From Gnetum montanum (taxonomy: Eukaryota; Plantae; Gnetophyta), in assembly GCA_015680685.1 (NCBI GenBank), contig MNCI01003377.1:764708-828707 (forward strand): a DNA stretch of 64,000 bases, given 5' to 3'. The position numbers and the translations under genes were made by a program. A model generated the notes under the pieces. The model saw only the letters and a list, made by a program, of their open reading frames with translations. It did not search any database and was not told the origin of the DNA. Positions 38,441 through 51,669 of the stretch are shown here, one piece after another. The number at the start of each line of letters is the position of its first letter. The first letter of the stretch is position 1.

Positions 38441-39567
38441 GCTAACCTATTTTTCTATAGCCCTTATTTTTCTTTGTTTGTAGATATTAATGGATGATTA
38501 GCATCAATGATCTTTGAAGCCTATAATTAGTGAGCCTGTGTAGCCTCTCATTCTTTCTTTTTAGTATGATAGATGAACTACAAACTTTGTATGAGTCTGT
38601 AGGACAAAAGACAAGTTTCTCTTATTAAATGGTGGCCTATAGTTTGTTGGTCATCTCATGTGGCCTTGTGCAATGTATTACAACATGTACTCATTGACTT
38701 GTTTTCTTATCCTCTTAGATTCATGCTTGTAGTTTAAAACCTAAAGTCATCATGAAGGTGCAACTCATCATAGTTTCAAGTTACCATGTGATCTTGATGC
38801 ATGAGACTTGATGAGCTTGTCTTGTCATCCTAAGAGTGCTTATCTTGCATCACTCCCATTACCCATCTTGAGCCATAACCCTGTAGCCAAATTACAACCT
38901 TTCTTTACCCTAAACAACAATAAAAACCTATGTTTGATATTCATGCACTATGGCCACATGACATCTTCTTTGTCATGCCTCATCACCAAGTTCGTTGAAT
39001 GTAATACATCTCATTCAATGATAAAATAAAACAAAATTCGACCTTGACAATGAAACCCAATGAAGGTTTCACCCCAAAAAAACAAAAAAAAAATAGACAA
39101 AAAAGGAGAAGCAAATTGCCAGAGATGCTAAAAGGCCAATAAAGCCTAAAACTCAAATTAATGGATCCAAACAAATAAAGGGAGGAGCCTAAAGATCAAG
39201 AAAATCCAAAGTGAATTTCTAGTTCCTCTAAGGCATCATCGAGTAACTAATAGTTTAAGCACAAAGCATGAATATCTCTTCCATTAGCAAGTGTGTCACT
39301 ACCACATCATACCCATAATTTCAACATTTGAAATTTTTGTTAACCCATGTGACCATATCCTAATAACCAATATAGCCTTCATCTCATCTCAAAATTTATA
39401 ACATTCTATTGTAATCTTATTTCACCATCATAAGCACTCTTTGGCATGGTTCAGTAGCTACAAAATCAACCATAGAGAGAAAGCATTAGTGATGAAACTT
39501 TGGTAGTGTTTTTTATTCTCTGTTGATATCTCCTAAGTCAATCCTCAAAACAACAAAGAGGGACCAA

Positions 39568-40728
39568 TGAAACAACCCAAAGAAAATTCATGTTATAGCC
39601 TACAACCAAAATTCATTGTAATTTTATGGAAAAATAATGGTAGATACAATTACCTTATTTTTTTAAAAAAATCTAGCATTGTAACCTTATATTACTAGGA
39701 TTTAAGGTAGTGTTTTTAATGTAAAATACAAGATTTGCAACTCACATGTAGATCTCATACATCCTAACTTATGAAACTAAAAAATGCTTCATAAGTTATA
39801 AATGCCTTATCTTCTAGGTTGTGGAGCCTACAAATTTCATGTACCTTGGCATGTAGGGGTTAAAAATGCTTTGCAAGCCACAAAATTCAGCATTTCAACC
39901 TATACATTGGCTATTATAGTTCCATACATTGGACAACCTATAAAGCCAACATATAGGGTTTGGATCTTAAGCCCATATGTTAGGCATCCCTACCCCATGC
40001 TAGGCAGTGTATGAAGGTAGCTTATAAAAATAAAAAATTATCAAAATTTTCTCATACACTACTCAGAGATATCCTGCACATGCTAGAATTTGTTAGAAAT
40101 ATACCATTAATCATAATAGAATTAGCAACAAAAAATTATGGTCCCAATGGTCTAATTAAACCAAAGATTAGAATCTATTTAGGACTTTTGGAAAACTTAC
40201 ATTCAGCTGAACATTAAGACTTTCAAAGCTATGTACATTTACCAAGAGTTAGCAATCATTTCATTCCTAGCATAGATTGTAGCTACAAAGGAAACTAGTA
40301 GCCAACAAAGTTCAAGGTGTAGACTGTACAAGGTGCTCGAGAGTATATCGAACTGCAAAACACATCTTGTCAATAGTATTGAATCATAAGAATTCCTTCT
40401 AAACTCTTGAACATTAAATTTTAAGGCTTGTATTCTCTAAACATTGGTTTCATAGATTTTTATCATTTTAGTAAAATTTTGTAGTTTTATTTGTTTTCCA
40501 TACTTTGTTTCATATTTCTTTATACTCAAATTTGGTGTTTCAACTACAATTTCATACATTTTAAAACTTTTTCTATATATATTAGTAACAGATCATTAAA
40601 TCCTTGGCTGATCATCAAAACCATTCAAGGCACTTTAGATCCTTTTCTCAAGGCTTGTGGATTTGAAGATAAAATTGTTCTAATCTAAAATTTTCATTTT
40701 TCCAACACCAAATTTTTTAGGTGCTACA
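39568..40728 (+). repeat. 3' LTR of A3 (~1.16 kb), PPT at 39554-39567
   Basis: caaagagggaccaa|TGAAACA ... ttaggtgctACA; the 3' end is homologous to the A4 LTR end, and gag coding sequence resumes immediately after. Confidence 0.8.
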
Positions 40729-42183
40729 ACCATAGCTACAAAAGATGATCCACTGATGTCTAGTTACTTCAAGCTAGATCAATTTTATCATTATCATCAA
40801 CTTTCTATCCATGATACTAATTTTTTCTTGGTCTTGAAAGATAATCTTCAAAAGATGATAGATATTGGGAAACTGGTCCTACATGTATTTAATCCTATTA
40901 GGTCCTAGAACTAGTCCATGCAAGTGTATAAGAACCCCTTAAATGCTAGCAATGACCAATATACTATAGTCACATCCAATGATCATAACAAGCCTAAACT
41001 TGCCAAGGAGTCATTTCTAGTTTAGGTACCTCCTCTTAACAATCAAACTTCAACTTCTACAAGTCCAAGAGTTCTTCTTATTATAAGGATACCACCACCT
41101 ACACCTCTCAAAGAACCATTCATCATTAGAGCTTCTCCTCCCTCTTCTAATAAACTTATAGCCAATGTTGACTAATGTCCTCCTATAGTATTCAATGAAT
41201 TCATATCTTCCCTACCAAAAAACAAAAGGTCTCTAGTAATTCAACAAAAACTGTCAACTCTTAAGCCTAAGGCTAAAAATATTAGGCAACCAAAAGTTTA
41301 GAAGGAAGTAGATCCACTGAAGCCTACTCCAATTTCTGCTATACCAATGAATCCTACTGCTCACTCTACATCAACTAGCCAACTTAAGAAAAATAATCAC
41401 AAATAAGTGAAAGGCAAAGAGCCAAAGCAAAAAATTTTAAAACATGAAGTTAAAATACTAGGCAAGATGAAAGAGGTTAAAGCTAGTAAAATAGAAAAAT
41501 CATCTACCAATAATAAGGACTTCTTCACTATCATGAAACAAGTTAAGTTGTTGAAAGAAAAGAATAGCTCTTTGAGCTTGTATGACTTAGTCATGACCTT
41601 CTCTACTTACTATGCAACCTTAGTCAAAATGTTGATCTCAATTACTGTAAGTGAGGATATCCTTATCAATGAAAAGTCTATCCACTCAATGATAGTATAA
41701 CCTCCACTTAAGGAAGAAATGAAGTTAACTACTTTGATATTTCATGATAGTGAAGTGAAGACTAACCCGCATAGTTATGAAGTGTTGTGAGACTTCCTTT
41801 TCATAACCATTAGGGTTTTCCAATACAAGGTGCACTAGGTACATGTTGATGATAGAATGACTACAAACATAATCCCCTACCCATTTTTGAACATTTAGGC
41901 TTGGTTGAGAACATTCAAGATACCTCCACTTCTATACTTTAATTCCTTAATGAATCATATGTAGCCATGAAAGGGTTAATCTCATTAAACTTTGTAGCTA
42001 AGGAATAATTCCCTACATCTATTGATTTTCTAGTTATTTAAGAGACATCAGGCTTTAACTTAATCTTAGGAAGACCATGATTAACCAAGTTACATGTAGT
42101 TTCCTCCCTAATCCATCAAGAGATTCACCTACCTTAAGAAGAAGGTGAAATCATTATTCATAGAGATAGCAGAGCCTCCTTGT
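40729..42183 (+). pseudogene. gag: 3' part of A2 gag plus protease (continues at 50919-51219)
   Basis: DDPL...YHYHQ..H...LKDNLQKMID; ORF 41407-41700; protease VHVDDRMTTN (~41840) and FNLILGRP.L (~42060). The frame RASL|SVNNVDIEQE is restored across the family C insertion. Confidence 0.85.
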
Positions 42184-43053
42184 TGATGAGCGATAAGGTA
42201 CCCCTATGCTTAACCATACGAATCACAAGTGTTCACACATGATCTAGTAAAATTCCATGGATGGGACTAGTTGTGGCATCCAGATTACTATGCTTTGACC
42301 ATAGTTCACTATCTTCCCACTTGGACTAGTGGTAGGTTTTTCATGTATGGTTTAGTCCAAAGTGAGGCACATGATGTTATCTAATTTTTATGCTACTCCT
42401 AATGATGATAAAGAGATAAATTAATTAATCTAATGGGCAATGAAAAATAAGATCTAAACTAGCCTATGGCAATGAGTATTTGTACTTAATCATTCGTACA
42501 TGTCTCACCTTCGTGAGACTACTTTTGGGATTGCCAAGTGTATGTCACTAATTATGACAAATGATACACTTCTAAATTACCAAGTATCTACACCTAAAAC
42601 ATTTGATATTAAGATGTACACATTCTACTTAATAACAGGAATAGTAAATAACAATAAATGGAAACAATTAACTCAAGAAAGTAGTAAATAATTAAAGCAA
42701 TAATAATCTAAGTGGATGCTGCAATGATGAAAGTAATCTCAATCTTTATTGCCAGTCATGTAACATGTCCAAGTACATCACACTTGAATAAAGGTTTTGT
42801 ACAATTACAAACATCACACTGTAGGCATGCACTAGAAATAATAGACTTTAAAGAGAAGAAACTATAAACTATCTACTTGACTCTCTACTTCCTTATCTCA
42901 TCTAAGTACCCCCAACATCATATTTATAGGTAGCATCCACATGAGGTAACGTCAAGTACATGACATCACTTATTGTCTCCGATGTTAGGTACACAACATC
43001 AAGGCTTTGACATCATGTATCCAATGTCAAGGCCACTGTATGATGATTCATCA
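42184..43053 (-). repeat. 3' LTR (870 bp) of the family C element
   Basis: Direct repeat of 50050-50918. Confidence 0.95.
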
Positions 43054-43259
43054 TATCCCCACAAATGAATGAAAACTCATCCTCAAGTTAAATAAAATGA
43101 GGAACAAGTTCTTTACAAAATGTTGGGAGGTATGGGATTATTAACTAACTCAAAAAATGAACAAAATAATTGACTATTTGTAGGCCACAATGGTGTAGTA
43201 CAAAATTGGGACACATTATTACAAAAAATAAAAAACAAAATAAGATTTGGAAGCTCATG

Positions 43260-45985
43260 TGGTGCTCAAAGGTGCTGCCTCTTCCATCAGTTACTTCCCT
43301 TTGTCGCTAGGCTACTGAAATTTGTAATGATTGAGCAAGGCCTACAATTTTTCTTCTTTTGTCTATGGGTCATGCATCATCTAGGCTACTATGTCAATGT
43401 GTGCTAATGCTGGTACATCCAAAGGACATGGCAGTTGTGGAAACATTTGATTTTCCTTTACACACCATGCTGCAAACTGCTATCATTCTTACTTGAAAGC
43501 CCTAGCTTTGTCCCTTAGCTCATGATAATCTATCAATCTATGAGCTAGGTTCGAGGCTACATATTTTTGTCCTTAACAATTGGCTTTAACCATCCCTAAC
43601 TCTGATTTTTCCACCTGTAACTTTTGCAAAGCATTTTTTCAATTTGCAAACTCTTTTTCATACAGTGCATAGGTGGTTGCCACTTGTTTCTCCAACTCAC
43701 TTTAGGGATGACCTACTGTTAACATGGCAAGGTTGGCATATCTAAGGTTAGTCAATGCCATGTATTCCTTTAAATCCTCTATTTTCAGGTCTTTATTTTT
43801 GACTTCTGCTTGCTAGGCCATGGCATAGCTGTCCAAGATGCCCTGCCACTCAAACTTCTACATTGACAAGGAGTTGATGTGGGCCTTAGCCATCTTGATT
43901 TCCTTGTACATGCCAACTTGGTCACAGAAGTGTTCTTTCAATTTTTCATGCTTTTTGGCTTTATTTTTCCATGTGCTAATCTCAATTGTTAACTTTTGGC
44001 AAATAGCATGTACCTCCTCCATAGAGAGGTTTCTATTCTCCCAAGCCAATGTATTCATATTTTGGTTGATCCACACTAGTTGTTTTCGCAACTAGTGGAC
44101 ACTTTCTTCTAAGATGTTTTTCTTTTTTTCCATAGTGGTTAACTAGGAATTCTCTATAGTGAGCTACTTATTTTTCTCTTAGATGGTAGTCAATGCCTTT
44201 TTATACACATGAGATTATGCATCTGCAATAGGGGCATTCCAAACCACCATCTCCTTCTCTTGCTCCATAGTTGCTTTCTCCTTTGCTAACTTAGTGAGCT
44301 CCTTTGTCCTGAATTACTTCAATTGCTCTAATGCAACAAAACATGCAAGATCTCATCATTCTACTTATAGGGTAGTCAGCTCTTCTTGTAATCTTCATAT
44401 CTCATCTTTTGCATGTTTTTCCTTGACCTCTACCATGATTGACTTTCCTTTGATGGTGATGAGATCTTATTGTGCTATAGTGACATCATTGGGAATGTTA
44501 AATAGAGTAGTCATCACTTGATCCATTTGTAGCAAGTGATCAAGCATGTCCTCATGCACTACAGGAGTCATTGAGATCTCGACCAGCATTTGTTCATCTT
44601 TAGTTCCTACTAGATCTATCAAGGGTACAACAGGCTCATTGAATGACTCTTTTGATATGATGAGTGATTACCTCTACTACACCTACTGCATCCTCATGTT
44701 GTAGAACCATAATTATGGCACCTTCTCCAATTTCCAATGTGACTTCAAAGGATGCAGTGTTCCCAAAAATTTGGTGTAACCATTGGGATCCTTCTCCTCC
44801 TACTCCTCCTAATTGTATTGAGATCGTCCCTCTCATTGGATTAGCTGATACAGTGGGTCGTACAACATTGTCCATGAATCAAAAGAGATTGGCCTTGTCC
44901 CTACTTTCCCAGTTGACTATTTCAATGATCCTCTGTAAGTGGCTCATTGAAGGCCTATAATCTTGCAGTGGTGGAAAAGCTTGTGCTTGTGGATGCTGTT
45001 CAAACTCTTTTTGTGTCTCTATTTGGGGTGTAGCCTCCTTCTCTACTTCTTTCTCTTCACTAGAATCTTTTCTCAATGCTGCCATTTTAAAGAGTTCTAC
45101 AAAGGAGGCATGTTGGGCCTTCCTAAGGATATCATTGGTATATTCCAATATTTTCACACACTTGCATAGCTTTCTAATTAAGCAAGGAAATAGAAGTGTT
45201 GGTCTCCTTGACTTCATTTCCATGAACTGCCATTGGATTTCTATGAAGTAATACTAGGGAAGGTTGGCTACACATTTCTCCATCAGAATGGCACTTCCCC
45301 TAGCCACATAAGTGGAGATTTGATTAATCCCTTTCATGGAAAATAGGTCATATGTCCCAATATTAAAGTAGGCTTTCTCACCTATAGTCATTTCATTGTA
45401 TAATTTTTCTTTTTTGTCATACATCCACCTCAGCCATAGTTCTTTTGTTTCGAGGTTGGATCTAGTCAACAGTGAGCAACCTTAGCCACTTCATTGGATA
45501 GGTTGAGAGCTGTAGTAATGTCTTTGACTGAATAAGAGATGATCACCTCATAAATGTTAATAGTAATACCCTCATCTTTATTATGCCATAATTGATGGAC
45601 TTTGACCAAGTACCATTCACCATTTTCAGACAAGATAGGCCATAATCAAGATGCTTTGACTTGTGTCTACACCACTTCTAAAGTAAACTCCATGAATGGA
45701 CTAAAGTTCATTTTCATAATGACTAAAGCTAGTGTTAATTTTTTCAAGGTGATAGTAAGGAAATTAGGGGGAAATGTGAGATGTTGTTCCTATTCGAGGG
45801 TCGATACATCTATCACCTCATCTTGGGCTAATTATGCAATAGCATGGGCCTCTTGATGAATACCGAAGGACTGAGCCTCCTACTCAACATGTTCCTCATG
45901 TTCTCCTTGCTTACTACAGCCACCATGTGGATGCTTAGCGACTCTCTAGGAAGGTCTACCCTTAGCACCTCTTTTTAGGGTCATC
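43260..45985 (-). pseudogene. Athila-type env-like ORF2 remnant (Transposase_32-like domain followed by a long coiled coil)
   Basis: PTLLFPCLIRKLCK (ORF 44879-45223) is the L.FP.LI..LC motif of Athila ORF2; E/K/L/Q-rich heptad region at ~43500-44400 (ORF 43858-44091). Confidence 0.7.
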
Positions 45986-47599
45986 TATAGTCAAGAAAAA
46001 CCAATTCTAGCCAAAGTTATGTTTGTTATTATTAATCAACTTATACCTTACTCATAACCTTAGTTCATTAAGCTCATAATGCATACAATTGCAAGGTTAA
46101 GAAAATTTCAAGAAAAATCCCTCAAAAAGTGTCTATCTCTTTTTACAACCCTCGCCACTACTTTCCTTTTTCATTATATGTGGCTTACAATAATGGTTAT
46201 GGGCTCGTGGATTAGAAAATTTGGACTTTTGGCATTATTGTTAGTGATTTTTCATTATAATTCCTAACATTTTCAACATTCTTACCCTTATAATACCTTT
46301 TGGGTGATAGCAAACTTCAGCAAATAAGTGCAAGTTTTGCATACACGCACCCCCATGACAAAGTTGAACACTCTGGGTTTAGATATATTCAAATAGCTTG
46401 AAAATTGGAGCATTAAAGAGCTAGATATTGCACATGGAATATAGAGGCATAGAGCTCTAAGTCACGATAAAACTTTTCAACAACTTCCCTAGTAGCAAAT
46501 GAGAAAAATGAAGTTCAAGGTTACATTATTGATATGGTTACAAAAATGGCATTAAAGGGGTTGAATGCGACGTATACTTGTGAAAAAAAACACACATGTG
46601 AAAACCACCGAAGTGAGATAATAGCTCTATGTTACACAAAACCATAAGTTATGAGCATCCAGATAACAAGATCAAATGAACCATAAAAGGGATTGTAGAA
46701 ATTGGAACATGAGGTGTCATACATGGTCACAATGAAACCACGTACCCAAGATTTAAACCAAGTCCAAACCACATTGCAGTGACATCACATTTTTTCATCC
46801 CATCAGTGGACAACTATAAGACTATCAAAGTCGTGAGGAGTAACATCACTTGGCATTTTGTCCAAGGAATGAGTGGTATTATGGCAAAATTATTGGTTTT
46901 TTATATGGAAGTTCTGAGAAGTTGCCAACCTTTAAGCATCGATACATGTCTTTTTAGTGGAACCCACAAAAGTTTATTCAACATCATTATAAGTTTCCCT
47001 TACTCCCATTTTTCATTAGATCTACAAGGATATGGTTACAACCTCAGCAACATGATAGAACATACAGAAGTAGCCAAAGAGAATCCACAATCCCCTTGAT
47101 GTCACACCCTTTACATTCTACCTTAGTTCTGCACTCTTCTGTCTAGACACAATGATTATAGATTTATTATTACATTGAATGATGGAAAATATTACCATTA
47201 TGACCAAAGCAAGAACCTCTTATTAATGAAATGGATGGGTGGATGGTGTGGTTGTAATGTCCGAATAATTAGTCCCTTCTAATTCGACAACATAGAGAAA
47301 ACCTCATCCTAATGGGCAACATGATCAATAGTGAGATTACATAACAAGGAAAGTTAAAACCACAACTAGAAAAAAGTAGAAGAAAAAGGAAAAATTGGAT
47401 CAAGAAATAGGAAAATGATAAAAAATTATAAAACAAAAAGATGAAAAACACCTTAAAATCATAAAGGTTAGAATGGGGGGTAACCCCCACATCTAAACAT
47501 TTGGTCATGACTAGGATTAATAAGTGGATGAATAGGATCCATACATGTATGAAACATTGGGAACCTTTCATACCCCAGCCACTAGGTGTCATCTATTGG

Positions 47600-49923
47600 T
47601 GGTGTGGTGGCTGGATAGAAAAATTATTGGTTACACACTTGATTGTTATATGTATGGTGGGTTAGGATATGAGGCATGTTAACATTATGGATGACTAGCC
47701 TAGGAGTGCACCCTTGATCATGAGATGGTATGCATGGATTCATTTGGCTTCTCACATTTTTAGATTCATTAGTTGGATGTGGAATTGGAGTACAGATAGA
47801 TGGTGGCCCTTGTGTATGGTTACAGGACATTAGTTGAGATGAGAAAGGTGGTGCACCAGATTGACATTGTGTTGGCTCAGATGATGTGTTGGGTCCATGT
47901 GTGGTTTTCCTTAACTTACGACCTTTCCTTTAGAAGGAACATTTCTAGCATTATGGTTGGGACCCACTTGTGTTAGCATGTCTTTGCACATTTGCAAAAC
48001 AAGTGACACTTATTCTTTGATATTATGGTGCTAAACCTTCTTGAGTTACTGGCAATGGCATTGGAGGAGGTGAATTATGAAAATATTGAGGGTAAGTTGG
48101 ATGGTAAGAGGTACTAGATGGTGATCCTTTAGGGGATTTCATGTATTGATGGTACTTGGGAGAGTGGTAGTGGTGATTTGAAGTGGAGGATGCTAAACTA
48201 GTTGGAGAAATAGGGTGTTGAACATAATATCCATGCATTTTTGATAGATATAGCTGATTTGGTGATGGCTTCCCCCACAGCTATGGTTGATGACCATATT
48301 AAGGCTAGTGATAAGTCCCCCTATGGTAGTACAATCGGTTTTGGAACTATCCATAATTACCTCATGGGAGAGGAAGTCTCCCAAGCATGTGCTTTTGCCT
48401 AAATTTTAGATTTAAGACACTTGCCCAATACTCCTATAGATGCAACTATATGGGACATTGGCCCTTTGAATAATCATATACGTAGATGTTGCATCCATTA
48501 TCTTCATTTGTGGTTGAGTCTATAGCCTTACTTTCATCAGCCCCTTTTTTTCCTACCGAAAAGTATTCCTGATTGTTTCTTAGTTCTATGTCCTCTATTT
48601 ATTATGTTCTCTTGGCATGTGTTGCATGATCTTCTCTATGATCTTCTCAATAAGATTTGTAACATTTTAATTTATCCATTTGGACATCCTATTAAACTTT
48701 GCTTCTAGATCATCAATAGACTTCTTTATTGGCAAAGTTTGTTGTGAAATCACCCTATCGAGAGTAGTCTCATTCTCGTTACCATAAATTTGGACCTCCT
48801 TCAATTGAAGAATTAGGTCCCATTAATATTTCTCAACATTCTTCCATTTGCATATCTCTCCTTCTTCTTTTGCCACACATACTATTAGCTCTTTGATTTG
48901 ATGGGCTTGAAGCTCATATAATTGCCCTGGGGCATACATCCCAAGGGTTGCCCTTGTTTTATTACAAAGTCCATCTATGATGTGGAAAATTTACCTTTCC
49001 TTGGAGAAACCATGGCATGGGCATCTATTTAATAAAGCATAATATCTATCTAAGGCCATGTCCAAGGGTTCATGTTATTCTTTTTTCCACTCTTGGATTT
49101 TTCTCCTTAGATTAGACACTCTTGCATAAGTTTGGTATTTCTCATTGAATAGTTCCATCATTATAGACCATCGATAGATTGAATTTGGTTTCAACAATCT
49201 ATACCATAATTTGGCTCTATCAATTAGTATCCTAGGAAAGAGCTTAAGCTCTTTCCATCCACTTTCAATGTTGTAAAAATCACAGGCATCATGGAAGGCT
49301 TGTAAATGATGTTGTGGATCTAAATCATAGCCTAAAGCATATTTAGGAATATTATTCATGTCAAGCTTGGGTAAATGGCTCTTTTTGGGATGCCTACAAG
49401 ATATCTTAATAGCCTTTGTAATATGCATTAGGCTCTTAGTGGACAACAAGGATTCACTGTTATCAAACAAACTGTGAGGAAAATTCCTATGTTCATGGTG
49501 ACTTCTTTGACTTTTCCCATGGGTTCAATTCCAGTTTTTAGTTTGACCCTTTAGTGGAGCTCCATCTCTATACCTAAGTTCATCTTTGCTAGAACTAGAC
49601 ATTGAAGGGGAAGAGGAAGATGAGGAACTAGAGGAATTTTCATGGCTTCTATGGTGTTCTTCAAGGTCCTTTGATTTATCATTTCTTGGTTTTGAGGAGG
49701 TCTTAGGCCTTGAGGCCTTCCCTAGTCCAGGACCTACATCATCTTCTCCAAGATTGTCTACCTTAGATGAATGTAGTCTTTGAGCATTGTCAAGGTGGTC
49801 ATGATTATAACAAACCCCTACATAAGGTTGATCACTCCAATCTTCTTCATCATATATCTCGTTATTTCTCCAATGAATGTGTTTACTATACAGTGCATAG
49901 TCACTTCCATGTGAGAGAGACAT
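47600..49923 (-). pseudogene. gag: gag of the family C element with Ser-rich N-terminus and Pro/His-rich C-terminus
   Basis: DPQHHLQAFHDAC...LKLFPRILIDRAKLWYRLLKPNSIYRW..MMELFNEKY (ORF 49075-49470) is a Retrotrans_gag pattern. Confidence 0.88.
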
Positions 49924-50030
49924 TGCTCTTGACTTATGGTATGTATGAGCTAAGAGTTTCTGAAAGATATATTGTTAATACCTTGTATAGAGATCATGTA
50001 TAATATAACTAATTTAGATAACTAGCACCA

Positions 50031-50048
50031 TCCCCAACAAGAGTGCCA
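50031..50048 (-). promoter_or_regulatory. PBS, probably a decayed tRNA-Asp type
   Basis: Minus strand tggcactcttgttgggga vs TGGCGCCGTTGCCGGGGA, differences mostly C>T/G>A; 1 nt from the LTR. Confidence 0.6.
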
Positions 50049-50049
50049 A

Positions 50050-50918
50050 TGATGAGTAGTGAGGTACCCCTATGCTCAACCATACGAATCATAAGCATTC
50101 ATGCATGATCTGATCGAATTCTATGGACGGGACTAGTTGTGGCATCTAGATTGCTATGCTTTGATCATAATTCACTATCTTCCCACTTGGACTAGTGGTA
50201 GCTTTGTCACGTATGGTTTAGTCCAAAGTGAGGCATATGGTGTTATCTAATTTCTATGTTACTTTTGATGATGATAAAAAGATAAATTAATTAATCTAAT
50301 GGATGATGGAAAATAAGATCTAAACTAGCCTATGGCAATGAGTATTTGCACTTAATCATCTGTACATGTCTTGGACTTTGTAAGACTACTTCTGGGACTG
50401 CCAAGTGTACATCACTAGTTATGCCAAATGATACACTTCTAGATTACCAAGTATCTACATTTACATGTTCATGATTAAGGCGTACACATTCCTCTTAATA
50501 ATAGGAATAGTAAATAACAATAAATGGAAATAATTAACTAAAGAAAGTAGTAAATAATTAAAGAAACAATAATCTAAGTGGATGCTACAATGATGGAAGT
50601 AATCTTAATCTTTATTTCCATTCATGTAATATGTCCAAGTATGTCACACTTGAACAAAGGTGTCATACGATTACAAACATCACATTGTGGGCATGCATTG
50701 GAAATAATAGACTTTAAAGAGAAGAAACTGAAAATTATCTACTTAACTCTCTACTTCCTTGTCTCATCTAAGTACCCCAGCACCATATTTAGAGGTAGCA
50801 TCCAGATGAGGCAACATTGGGTACACGACGTTGCTTATTGTCTCCAACGTTGAGTATGTGACATTGGGGCTTCAACATTGTGTATCTAACATCGGGGCCA
50901 CTGTATGATGATTCATCA
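50050..50918 (-). repeat. 5' LTR (869 bp) of the family C element
   Basis: Direct repeat of 42184-43053. Confidence 0.95.
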
Positions 50919-51669
50919 CTTGTCAGTCAATAATGTTGACATAGAACAAGAATCTAGAATGAAGTTTCAAGAAGAAACTCCCATAGGGAAAATGAAGCCA
51001 AAAACTATAATGAAATCAACCAATCCAAATCCAAAAACATTGGAGCCACAAACAAACCTTGGGAAGAGCTCCCATTTAGCATTGTTACTAAAGGAAATGG
51101 GGAATACAAAATCATGCAACATAAGCCTTATAGATTTCCTAATCTATCAAAGATTAGGAAGCAACTACACAATTAAAATGTTACATGTCTTTCCTTGTAC
51201 ATACAATATGTCCATTTAAATTAATAGCATTCTTTACAATTTTAATTTGCATGCTTACATCTTACCTTATAATTTACACTTTATTACATCATGTTTGCAT
51301 TAATTCATAACTTATGTTTATTTTTTATGCTTGCATAAAAATACAAAAAAAAACATAAAAACCCATATATATATATATATATATATATTGACCAAGAGTA
51401 GCATTAGGTGAAAACCAAAATGTGATAGAAGTACAGCCAAAATCATAGCAATAGCCATAGTCACACTGTGTGATAAATAACAAAACATTATAAAACATAT
51501 AGCTGCTAAAAACATGATAGCCAATAAAATAGCAATGGTCATATAACCATAACAACATCATGAAAAAATATGACAAGTCCATCACCATCATTGCCTAGGA
51601 CCTATAGGTAATAAAACATGCAAGCATTAGTAACCATAGTGACCAAAACATAGCCATAAAATAATAAAA

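Larger units (their letters stand above)
29451..40728 (+). mobile_element. Family A copy A3, 3' portion: antisense gene, ~190-bp repeat block, RT-RH-aRH-INT, 3' UTR, PPT, 3' LTR
   Basis: Collinear with A2 over ~54000-61765. RT-RH-aRH-INT order as in Ogre/Retand Tat lineages. Confidence 0.88.
42184..50918 (-). mobile_element. Complete non-autonomous Athila-like LTR element (8735 bp): gag and env-like ORF, no recognisable pol
   Basis: LTRs 42184-43053 and 50050-50918 with TGATGA...TCATCA termini; perfect 5-bp TSD CTTGT at 42179-42183 and 50919-50923; PBS 50031-50048; PPT ~43054-43066. Confidence 0.93.

Noticed and set aside
24461-40733. GTGGT / ACCAT flanks as an inverted TSD marking a single inversion event
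   Set aside because: Only a 4/5 match, the two LTRs differ greatly in age, and some gag sequence is missing between them; coincidence or target preference is as likely.
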